The translations under genes were made by a program, and so were the position numbers. From IMG/VR virus record IMGVR_UViG_3300035696_000002: a DNA stretch of 64,000 nucleotides; one strand, given 5' to 3'. The notes beneath the pieces were generated by a model. That model searched no databases. It was not told the DNA's origin and worked only from the letters and a program-made list of their open reading frames with translations. This document shows positions 41,371 to 50,247 of this stretch, one piece after another (the first letter of the stretch is position 1; every line of letters begins with the position of its first letter). Origin of the DNA: a virus (lineage: Duplodnaviria > Heunggongvirae > Uroviricota > Caudoviricetes).

Positions 41371-43956
41371 TTAGGTCAATTCCATTTCCACGTCGGAGTC
41401 GCCGCCGCTGATTTCCCATACCTGATCGAGACGTGGTGCCAACAAACCAGTCGGATGCGTCGAATCCCAGTTCGATACCTCACCCGTCAAACTCGGGGAA
41501 CGCAGTGGTGCGTTATTTGGAAGACCGACTGTCGTTGGAGCTAATGTGATCGCGATCCACTTGGCCGACATCGTGTACGGGTTCTTGCCAATGTTCCGCC
41601 AGATGAGTCCGCCATCGTGCGTGATACCGCCAACAGTGGTGTTCCACACGGGCAGGGAAGCACCGGAGTTCGCAAACTGAATCGGAGTTGCCAACGTCGG
41701 CGACGGGGACACAACCATCTGAGTGTTCCCGTTGTTGTCCACGATGTACTGGCTGCCGAAGAATTGTGTCGTCGGTGCCCAGCTTGCCTGACCGATGAGG
41801 TAGTTGCCGAAGGCGAAGTAATAGCCAGACTGCAATGTCGGTGTGAGGAACGCGGTTGCGGTCGATTCTGACGCCAGTGCGATGGTCTGAGCCAGCGGAA
41901 TCTGGAATGAGCCGGGTGTGGAGGCCGTGCCAGTATCGGCAGCCGGGCCATACGTCGAGAGCGTAGCAAGACCAGTATCAGCCGGATTGGTGTAGTTTAC
42001 TCCTGTAAACGCAGCAGTAAATTGCGTCGGGCTGGCTGTCACCACAATTACGGTCTGGCCATTGAGCGATGGCTCGGCAGTTCCAGTCAACGTCACCGTT
42101 TCGCCGGGCACGAACTGATTCGCACAAACCACGGTCAGCACGTTTGCCAAAATCTGGGTCTGAGTGATCGTCGCGGTCTGGGTGTAGGCAATCGTGAACA
42201 ATGACGGCGTCGCCGTAACAACAGTGTAGTCCGGTGGGCTGTTCAAGAATGTCGCATTCTGCAAGAACGCCAAATGAACCACATCGCCAGTATCAAAATC
42301 GTTGTCAGCAACGATGGTCAAGACACCGCCTGCGATCTGCACAGACGTGATGAGGCGAACATCGGAGATAACATCCTTGATCTTTGCGGTGACGTTGAAC
42401 GCACTACCACCGTTGGTGCAGCCGACAATCGTGATCTGCTCGCCGTCGTGGAGATACGGTACAGCGTCATCAAAGGTGTAGGTCGCATTGACGCCATCCG
42501 CAACGGTACTCGTGATGGTCAGGGTGACAATCGGGAGGTTCTGCCACGCCGTAGGTGTGAGCATTGGATACAGCTTAGCAAGCTGGCTGCCCCACGCTGC
42601 AATCGTTGTAGTCGGATTCGACGGATCAAGCACGGGAGCCTGAATCAACATCGGATCAAACGGCGGGTCTTCAACCTCTTCGATGATGATCGTGAGTTCG
42701 TCGTCAATGCCCGTACCAACGCAATTCGAGTTGAGGTACTGTTTCTGATACAGCAGTTGCAGGCTGGCAGGCAGAGCCGCGTACTGAGCGAGGCTGACCG
42801 TAGCTGCGGGAACAGGGCCAATATTCTTCCAGATGATGGAGCCGCCGCCAGCGAAATCGTCAGTCAGACCGCCGATAGTCGTGTTCCAAAACGAAGTAGC
42901 CGGGCCAAGGTTCTGCCAAGTCACAGCGTTCGGGGCGGTGCCGTCCGTAGTGAAACCACTCAAAGTAACATTCCACACTGGAACCGAGGAGCCGGAGTAG
43001 CCCTTAGTCACAACCTGTTGAATGTTTCCGTTGCTGTCTACGATCTGGAACGTTGCAACACTGTAGATGTGATCCGGCTGCCACTGCGGCAACGGCTGAA
43101 TCGTGCCTGTCCGGCCCGCCTGCACGACGATCTGAGCATTCCCATTGGGGTCTACGATGAAGTTGTTCACCGAGAATGTGATGGGCTTAGAGATCGTCGA
43201 AGCTAACCAGTACAATGGCGGGTTAATCAGCGTGTACGATTGCAGCGAGTAGAACCCCTGCTGCACCGTGTCAAGCTGAGCAAGTTGGGATTGTGTCAGA
43301 TACCGAGGGCTGAGCGAGCAGTCCAAGTCCTCGCCTTCACCGAATACCGTGGTGAATTCCAAACCAACGTGGGCGGGCTTCGCAAGGTCGATGGCGGAGT
43401 AGAGGCTTTGCACGATCTGCTGAAGCTGAGTGACCGAGGTGATGCTGGTAAGCGGGTCTGAGCCGCCGACCGTCACCGAGACGCTGATTGCATTCGCATC
43501 GGACTCGTCATAGATACCGTCTCCGATCAAAGTGTAAAGCTCGATGACCTTAACGTGGAGGCCAGTGTAGGCGAAGATAACCGCCTCGATACCAGCAACG
43601 GTCGATCCTTGTCTGTAGGCAGCGATAAGCTCTACCAACATCGTCTTGAAGTCGATGTCAAACTGAGTCTTGGTGGGGTAGTTTGAACTGACGTACAGCG
43701 GGTCTGCCCAGCGGCGGCGAATATCCGCAGGCGTCAGGAAGCTGGGGTCTTTACCGACGATGTCATACGAGTAGTCGTAGTCCAGCTTTGCCAGTTCAAT
43801 AGCGATAGCCCGCAGGAAGTTGCCCCACGTGCTTTGATCGTTGCGGGTAGTGTAGAAGTTCGCGACACCCTGAAGCAGCGAGTTCAGGCGTGCGTCTTCA
43901 TACTGAAGCAAATCCTCCCGCGATCTAAGGTAAAGAATGTCTGGGTTAATCGCCAT
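41371..43956 (-). CDS. Baseplate wedge subunit (gpI-like N-terminus) with repeated beta modules
   Basis: GSTVAGIE...AKPAHV motif; directly follows the J-like gene. Confidence 0.6.
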   Translation of the reverse strand: MAINPDILYLRSREDLLQYEDARLNSLLQGVANFYTTRNDQSTWGNFLRAIAIELAKLDYDYSYDIVGKDPSFLTPADIRRRWADPLYVSSNYPTKTQFDIDFKTMLVELIAAYRQGSTVAGIEAVIFAYTGLHVKVIELYTLIGDGIYDESDANAISVSVTVGGSDPLTSITSVTQLQQIVQSLYSAIDLAKPAHVGLEFTTVFGEGEDLDCSLSPRYLTQSQLAQLDTVQQGFYSLQSYTLINPPLYWLASTISKPITFSVNNFIVDPNGNAQIVVQAGRTGTIQPLPQWQPDHIYSVATFQIVDSNGNIQQVVTKGYSGSSVPVWNVTLSGFTTDGTAPNAVTWQNLGPATSFWNTTIGGLTDDFAGGGSIIWKNIGPVPAATVSLAQYAALPASLQLLYQKQYLNSNCVGTGIDDELTIIIEEVEDPPFDPMLIQAPVLDPSNPTTTIAAWGSQLAKLYPMLTPTAWQNLPIVTLTITSTVADGVNATYTFDDAVPYLHDGEQITIVGCTNGGSAFNVTAKIKDVISDVRLITSVQIAGGVLTIVADNDFDTGDVVHLAFLQNATFLNSPPDYTVVTATPSLFTIAYTQTATITQTQILANVLTVVCANQFVPGETVTLTGTAEPSLNGQTVIVVTASPTQFTAAFTGVNYTNPADTGLATLSTYGPAADTGTASTPGSFQIPLAQTIALASESTATAFLTPTLQSGYYFAFGNYLIGQASWAPTTQFFGSQYIVDNNGNTQMVVSPSPTLATPIQFANSGASLPVWNTTVGGITHDGGLIWRNIGKNPYTMSAKWIAITLAPTTVGLPNNAPLRSPSLTGEVSNWDSTHPTGLLAPRLDQVWEISGGDSDVEMELT

Positions 43957-43958
43957 GA

Positions 43959-46900
43959 TTACTGACTCGTAATGTAGTTGATCGTGATCGTCCCCGGTGT
44001 CAAATACTCCGTGGATGACACGGCAATGTCCTTCGCTCCGCCTTCGTTAAACACCTGATAGGTGACGAAGAAGGAAAGTTGTCCCGGATTGGACGCAGTC
44101 GGGAAGTCAGGAATCGGCGGCAGTGTAATCATGACCTTCTGGGCATACGCAAACGTCAATCCCTGCGACGGGCTGATTTCATCGTTCTCGCCGATGATGT
44201 AGAACGAGGGGACGCCGATGCTGTTGGTCAGGAAATCATTCACCGATGTTGCACGGCGGAAAGACTGCCCTTGGTACAGCAGGTTGACAACTGCATCCGG
44301 TTCGCCGCCGCTCGGGATCGTGCTGTCCGGCAACACAGGCAAAACTGTAATGAAGCTCTGAGCCGGGGCCTGCAACCCAGCAAATGCTGGATCGCTGGTG
44401 ACCGGAATCCACGCTGTCTGTGTCGGAATCACAAAACCGATATCATAGGAGCCATCCGACTTCGCACACTTCGTCAACGGCAGGGTGATGCTTTGAACGC
44501 CAGTAACCGCCTGAACCTGACGGATCAGAGCAGACTGATAGAGCGTACCCTGAGCATTGTCCAACACAATACTGATGACAGTGCGAATGATCGGGTCTAC
44601 TGTTGCCGCATCGGCGTTGGGCATGAGCGTAACGGTCATCGTAATATCAACTGGGTTCGCAACCATGTTCTTGACGAGAACATTTGCCGCCGCGTGCTTG
44701 GTCTGGGCAATCTGGTTGGCGAGCACTTCAACGAAGGTGGGGTACTGAGTTGACAGCGTAAAGGTCTCAGTGATGAAGTAGGAGACCGTCACCGTTCCAC
44801 CATCAGGAATGCTGCCTGTCAAGATGCGAGTAATCTGGGCCTGCCCGGAAACCGGATCAACGCTAAGAGAGAAGTCGATCCCTTCTCGTTTCACAACGTT
44901 CGTGACGCCGTTAAAGTAGGTGACTTTGATGTAGCGTGATGCGAGTGGAATGGCTGCACCCACGAGCCCGGTTGAGCCGACAACATCAAGCCCGCCGTCT
45001 GGGCCATAGAGACCGTCCCAGCCATCAAGAGTCAACGTCGTATTGCCATAGCTCAGCGGCAGCCATGTGTTTCGAACAAAGCCCGTGTTATCGAGTGTTG
45101 TGGGCAGCGTGCCGTTTAGCACCTGCGTCTCGCCGGAGATGAACTCAAGCCGCTCATACAGGACAAATTTATTGTAGGCAACAACGACCTGTTGGTTGTT
45201 CTGGATGGCACTTCCTGTCGCCAAACCTGACTGAACAATTGAAGCAATTCCGGTGTCCGCCGTGGGGCCGTAAGAACCAGTGTAGGTGTAATTTGCGGTG
45301 AACGAAGTTGGCGTAGCACTCTGGACGTTCAACTGTACGCCATTCAAGAAGGCCGCGTTCGTAAGGCCTGAGAAGATGATGGCCGTGCCCGGCGTCAAAT
45401 TGTTAGCCACGCTGGTGACCGTCAGAATGTTGCCCGCGATAGCGACCGTCTGGATGTCAGACCCGTAATTCGGATTGACGTACACGCCAGTAAATTGCGA
45501 TCCATTGTTCGAGGCGACAGTGATGGTCTGTGTGTTCAAGAACAGAGCTTGACTCATGCCCGACAACACAATCGGAGCATTAACACCAAAGTCGCTCGTG
45601 GCGGTGATGTAAGCGACGTTGTTCACGATAGCGACCGCCGATAGTGGCACCGACTTCGTCAGGAGGTTCAGCCCGTAGGTATGGTATGGCCCAGTCGCGG
45701 CGATAGAGTAGTCCACACCGAATTCATACAGGGTGAAAAGATCGGTACTACGAACGGACAAAATATTCTGCGGGTTACCATTCAGGTCAATCGGGACATC
45801 CATCGCCGTGTCGATCTCAGCCGGGTTGGCACTCAAAGCGGTGATCGTAGCGGTAGTCGGCTGACTGACGATGTTGACCTGTACAGTATCCCCGGCCTGA
45901 TTGGAGCCGCCTTCCAGCAGGAAGTCCGATGTATGGATCAATTCGATGGCACTGGACGGGACTGCACCAGTCTCATTCGCTTCTCCGGTCACTGAGTAAA
46001 CCTGCAACACAGGCTGCAAGCTGGGGACGTTCGTCAGCGGGGAAGCATAGCGAGCGTACAAGGCAAAGCTGTACGTGTTCGATTGAGCACCTTGGAGGGA
46101 TGCGATAGCCTGCAAGTTTGTGGCGGGGACATTATTGATGAGCAACGGCACCTGTGCCTGCGTAATCGCAGACCCCACATACTGATAGGCCAGATCATTC
46201 TGGTTGACGATGATGTAGCCGTTGACATTGTCGAACTGGGCTCGCTGCAACCCGAGATAGAAACTGTTAGACGCACGCGAAACGATAAGCTCAACAGCAT
46301 CGTAAAGCGGGAACTGCAAAGCATTGAAATTCGTGATCTGGAACTTAAGCTGGCTGCTGTTCGGGAGGGTCAGGGGCAGATACGTGGCAACTTGCCCGTA
46401 GGTTCCAGTGTTGTCGTACTCAAAAGCGACAAGCTGATTCTGCTGCGAGAAGCTGATTCCCTGCACGTAAATATCCACACAGCCGTAAACGTGCTTCTGC
46501 CGCACATCATCCCAGTCACGCAACATTTCAAGATCGCCAGCCGCAACTACTGAAGCACTGACGACGCCGGGCGTGCCGAGGGCCGTAACCAGATATCCAT
46601 GGCGGGTTCCCGTGTCCACACCTGTTACGAGGCGGGCCTGAATCATAGCGGCGTAAGAAGCGTTGGATTGCTGGTCGGTACCATACTGGGCCGCTGTCAG
46701 GTTCGTCACGTTCATCCCCGATGGAACGTTGCTGACAACCTGTAAAATCGTGCCTGCACCAACGTTCGTGATCGAGCCTGTGGAATTGCACTGAGCCGGG
46801 ACGCTAACCGCCCAATATCCCGTGGTCGAATCGTAGAACGAATTCAAGTTGTTGATGCTGATCGTGCCCTGACCCAACGTCGTGAAGTTGAGGGAAGGGG

Positions 46901-48770
46901 TGTTTTGGTCGGCAATCGTCGCCACGACGGCTCCCTGCGGAATCGTAATGCTCGCTTGCGGCTGCTGATACGTGTAGAACGTCAGCACAACCGAAGACGG
47001 CGTCGCGGCCCCACGAGTCAACCCGGCCTGTTCGCCGAGGATGTTGAACTGTTCGTCGATGAGGCTCTGGGTATCGGCGGCACTCAAGCCATACGCACGG
47101 GCGATCTGTTGCTTGTACGGTGATTGCTGGAATGGATCGGAAACACCTGTCCCGGTCGTATCGTCGATCTGGCTGATGGCAGAAATAGATTGCGACACGC
47201 GAGCAAACCATTCGCGGACAGACATGTTCGACATTTCGATGGATGGCGGATCAACAACCACATCCCGCACTTCAGAACGCGGCGATAGATCGAGTGTGGG
47301 CCGCTGCCGCATAATCTGCCCGATCATACGCCCAGCGATATCTTCCTTTTTCTGCAAGGCAAGGAAATCTGTGGGGCTGACGACCTTCAAATTTACAAAA
47401 CCGCAAGTAAGCGGGCCGTTCTGGATGGATTCGTAAACCGCGTTGGTGCCGGGGTCTTGAATGACTGTCGAGAACATCGCGTAGAACTCATCGGCGTTAA
47501 CGGCTGTGAGCGGAATATCGACTGTGCTGTAGCTGACGTTCTCCACCGTCTGGGTGTTCGTCACAATAGTGGTCGAGACCACACTGGAAGCGACACCAGT
47601 ATCCGCAGTAGCGGGATACGTCCCCGAGTACACGAAGCTCGCAACAAATTGTGTGCTTGTCGCTGAACTGATAGTGACCGTTTGTCCGTTTAGGAACGTT
47701 GCATTCGTCAGTCCGGCGAGGGTGACAACGGTGCCCTGCGAGAAAGTGCTGTTCGCAGTGATTGTCAGAATATTGTTTGATACCGCAACCTGAGTGATTA
47801 AAGCCGTGGGTACGGTATTCGTCGTGGTGGTGTTTTCCGCAATGACCACGGTTGAGGTGCTGCTGACATCACCGATCAAACCACCATACTGGGTGAACGG
47901 AGGGTTGATGCCAGCCGGGTCAGTTGAGATCATGACGCGGACACCGACGAATCCGTTAAAATTTGGGGTTACCCATTGCAGCAAGCAATCGGTCTGATTC
48001 TTGAAGGCCTGAAGTCCTGTCGGGGGGCCGATGATCGTTGCAAGGCCGCTGGCGAAAAACAACAAGTTGAACTGAATCGTGGGTGTGATTGCTGAGACGC
48101 CCAGATTGGCCCAGACAACAGAACCATCCGCTGTGGTAGCGGAAGCCTTCCCTGTGTCTGAGGTCGCCGGATAATCGTTGTGCAGGAACCCGGCTGTAAA
48201 TTGTGTGCCCGAAGCAGAGACAACGACCAAGGCCTGATTGTTCAGGAATGCCGCATTCGTCAGCCCAGTCAGAAGAACTGTCTGGCCAATCGAGAAGGTG
48301 TTGTTCGCGATAATCGTTACAACGTTGCTGGTAAGCGAAACATTTGTGATAACCGCAGGGGCGACAGCCGGGAATGCTGGCTGATTTGGCCCAGTGCCCG
48401 ACTCGCCCGCCGTGATGACGCTCTCAACATAGCCGTTGTTGTCGATAAACGTGTAGCCGACAGCAAACTGCGTCAGCGGCGTCCATCGTCCGGCTGGGTT
48501 GTAGTTTCGGCCCACAATCGAGACTGAGGTCTCCTGCACCGTGGGAACCACAGCAATGCTGGTCGAATACTGATTTTCGCCACTAACAACCGTAGGCGTC
48601 GTGAGAACGGTCAAAGCACCATAGGCCGAGATTTCAATGCGAGCCGTGTTCTCGTCAGCATTCAGAATGATCGGGAGTACGGTGGAGTCGATAGACAAGG
48701 TTCCACTGCCCACGGCGAGAACCGGGGTGACCAGTTGTAGCGGCGTCAATGTCACTTGCGGCGTAGGCAT
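43959..48770 (-). CDS. Baseplate J-like wedge protein, 1603 aa
   Basis: GLTRGAAT..LTF...IPQGAVVAT...VPAQC...GSITNVGAGTI...GTDQQSN..YAAMI...GTRHGY...GCVDIYV. Confidence 0.75.
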   Translation of the reverse strand: MPTPQVTLTPLQLVTPVLAVGSGTLSIDSTVLPIILNADENTARIEISAYGALTVLTTPTVVSGENQYSTSIAVVPTVQETSVSIVGRNYNPAGRWTPLTQFAVGYTFIDNNGYVESVITAGESGTGPNQPAFPAVAPAVITNVSLTSNVVTIIANNTFSIGQTVLLTGLTNAAFLNNQALVVVSASGTQFTAGFLHNDYPATSDTGKASATTADGSVVWANLGVSAITPTIQFNLLFFASGLATIIGPPTGLQAFKNQTDCLLQWVTPNFNGFVGVRVMISTDPAGINPPFTQYGGLIGDVSSTSTVVIAENTTTTNTVPTALITQVAVSNNILTITANSTFSQGTVVTLAGLTNATFLNGQTVTISSATSTQFVASFVYSGTYPATADTGVASSVVSTTIVTNTQTVENVSYSTVDIPLTAVNADEFYAMFSTVIQDPGTNAVYESIQNGPLTCGFVNLKVVSPTDFLALQKKEDIAGRMIGQIMRQRPTLDLSPRSEVRDVVVDPPSIEMSNMSVREWFARVSQSISAISQIDDTTGTGVSDPFQQSPYKQQIARAYGLSAADTQSLIDEQFNILGEQAGLTRGAATPSSVVLTFYTYQQPQASITIPQGAVVATIADQNTPSLNFTTLGQGTISINNLNSFYDSTTGYWAVSVPAQCNSTGSITNVGAGTILQVVSNVPSGMNVTNLTAAQYGTDQQSNASYAAMIQARLVTGVDTGTRHGYLVTALGTPGVVSASVVAAGDLEMLRDWDDVRQKHVYGCVDIYVQGISFSQQNQLVAFEYDNTGTYGQVATYLPLTLPNSSQLKFQITNFNALQFPLYDAVELIVSRASNSFYLGLQRAQFDNVNGYIIVNQNDLAYQYVGSAITQAQVPLLINNVPATNLQAIASLQGAQSNTYSFALYARYASPLTNVPSLQPVLQVYSVTGEANETGAVPSSAIELIHTSDFLLEGGSNQAGDTVQVNIVSQPTTATITALSANPAEIDTAMDVPIDLNGNPQNILSVRSTDLFTLYEFGVDYSIAATGPYHTYGLNLLTKSVPLSAVAIVNNVAYITATSDFGVNAPIVLSGMSQALFLNTQTITVASNNGSQFTGVYVNPNYGSDIQTVAIAGNILTVTSVANNLTPGTAIIFSGLTNAAFLNGVQLNVQSATPTSFTANYTYTGSYGPTADTGIASIVQSGLATGSAIQNNQQVVVAYNKFVLYERLEFISGETQVLNGTLPTTLDNTGFVRNTWLPLSYGNTTLTLDGWDGLYGPDGGLDVVGSTGLVGAAIPLASRYIKVTYFNGVTNVVKREGIDFSLSVDPVSGQAQITRILTGSIPDGGTVTVSYFITETFTLSTQYPTFVEVLANQIAQTKHAAANVLVKNMVANPVDITMTVTLMPNADAATVDPIIRTVISIVLDNAQGTLYQSALIRQVQAVTGVQSITLPLTKCAKSDGSYDIGFVIPTQTAWIPVTSDPAFAGLQAPAQSFITVLPVLPDSTIPSGGEPDAVVNLLYQGQSFRRATSVNDFLTNSIGVPSFYIIGENDEISPSQGLTFAYAQKVMITLPPIPDFPTASNPGQLSFFVTYQVFNEGGAKDIAVSSTEYLTPGTITINYITSQ

Positions 48771-49567
48771 TATTGGTTCATCCTCAACGTGAGGTTAAGC
48801 GGGGCGGTCTGATTGGAGTAGTTGGAAACACTCACCGACAAGTTCACAGTCGTCGGATCGGTTGGGTCAACATTGGCTACCACGCTAATCACGTCCTTTA
48901 GAATTTCATTCGGTTCAAGAGTCTGCACAGTCTGTTGTGCCTGCTGAACCTGCATCATCTGCGTCAAGGCATCTATCACCTGAGACTCGATGTCGCTCCC
49001 TGTAATGGAAATACCGAGTTTTCGGCCAACATAATTTTTGATGAGGCAGATGAATGTCGGGTAGAATGGGCACGTCGAAGTCAGAATCCACTTGAAGCTT
49101 TTCTGTACCAGCTTCGTCGTTCCCGTAACGTGCAGCAAACTACCGGAATTTGCCTGCTTAAAATCATTCAACACACCCAGCGTGCTGCACTTCAGGCAAT
49201 ACCCCTGAAGCGTGATGTACGAAACCTCGATCAAAGGCAGTACGATACGCACAGGTTTGTTGAACACGATCTTGTAAAACTGGCCTGTGTTGTCCGTAGC
49301 AGCATCGGCCCGTAGCGGGTCGAGAACGAATGACCAACCATACGTCGGGTCGTTCTGCTGTACCTGCTCGTCGCTGATCCACATCTGCACGTTGCTTTGC
49401 CCGTTGATCGGGGCACGCATATTCAACACCGGATTCGAGGCGTAATGCAGCGTGCGGAAATTGGTGCTGTCAACGATGTACCGCTCAAAGCTCTGCTGAT
49501 GGTCGCACGCACCGATAGGAGCATTCGTGAACGGGTCATTCGTTAGTACGTTCCAGTCGTAGCTCAT
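48770..49567 (-). CDS. Baseplate wedge gp25-like protein
   Basis: KLVQ..KWILT..FYP...DPTTVNLSVSV; adjacent to J. Confidence 0.6.
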   Translation of the reverse strand: MSYDWNVLTNDPFTNAPIGACDHQQSFERYIVDSTNFRTLHYASNPVLNMRAPINGQSNVQMWISDEQVQQNDPTYGWSFVLDPLRADAATDNTGQFYKIVFNKPVRIVLPLIEVSYITLQGYCLKCSTLGVLNDFKQANSGSLLHVTGTTKLVQKSFKWILTSTCPFYPTFICLIKNYVGRKLGISITGSDIESQVIDALTQMMQVQQAQQTVQTLEPNEILKDVISVVANVDPTDPTTVNLSVSVSNYSNQTAPLNLTLRMNQ

Positions 49568-50235
49568 TACGTCTCGGTCGGCTCCTTAAGATTGATTGGC
49601 CCGCCCGGCGTTGTACGTGCAAACTGTTCATACTCATACTGTGTCGGGACATCCAATTGGTGGACACGGAACCGGGGCTGCGTCGTTCCGGTTGGGTACA
49701 CATCCGATTGATCCATCACTAAAGCGGCTTGGTATTCTGGACTGCTGAAATAGCCGTTGATCTTTGTGATGAGTGCGGCGATGGAGTTGTCCGGGTGATT
49801 GAGAGCGTAGTAGGCTTTTTGAGCCTTATCCTCATTCTTTTCAATCAGATTGCGAAGCTGATTCATGTGGAAAACGCTTTCATCCTGACGATTAAGCTGT
49901 TCCCGCATGTAGCCCTTGATTTTTCCCATGGCGACCATAGGGAGGTGGTCATCACGCCACGCATACCCGAGGTGCCCCTGCGGGCCGGGCTTCCACGCCT
50001 GCTTTTGAAGTGTCGGGGCCAGCTTATCATCGTTGATGTTGGCGTAGTAATTCTCAAGGACGCCAGCCGTCTTACGAAGCTGCTGGGCTCTGATCTGGTA
50101 GTGAAGCTGGATCGCAGGAAAGTTTTTGGTGCGAGCGTTTACCCACGCATTGAACGCTTGCTGCTGAGTCGTGCAGAAATGTCCAAGGAAGTTGAACGGA
50201 GGCCCTGTATAGCCGTATTTGAACCCATTACCCAC
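49567..50235 (-). CDS. Hypothetical structural-operon protein
   Basis: ORF track; AGAGGGAG RBS. Confidence 0.5.
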   Translation of the reverse strand: MGNGFKYGYTGPPFNFLGHFCTTQQQAFNAWVNARTKNFPAIQLHYQIRAQQLRKTAGVLENYYANINDDKLAPTLQKQAWKPGPQGHLGYAWRDDHLPMVAMGKIKGYMREQLNRQDESVFHMNQLRNLIEKNEDKAQKAYYALNHPDNSIAALITKINGYFSSPEYQAALVMDQSDVYPTGTTQPRFRVHQLDVPTQYEYEQFARTTPGGPINLKEPTET

Positions 50236-50247
50236 ACATTCTCCCTC

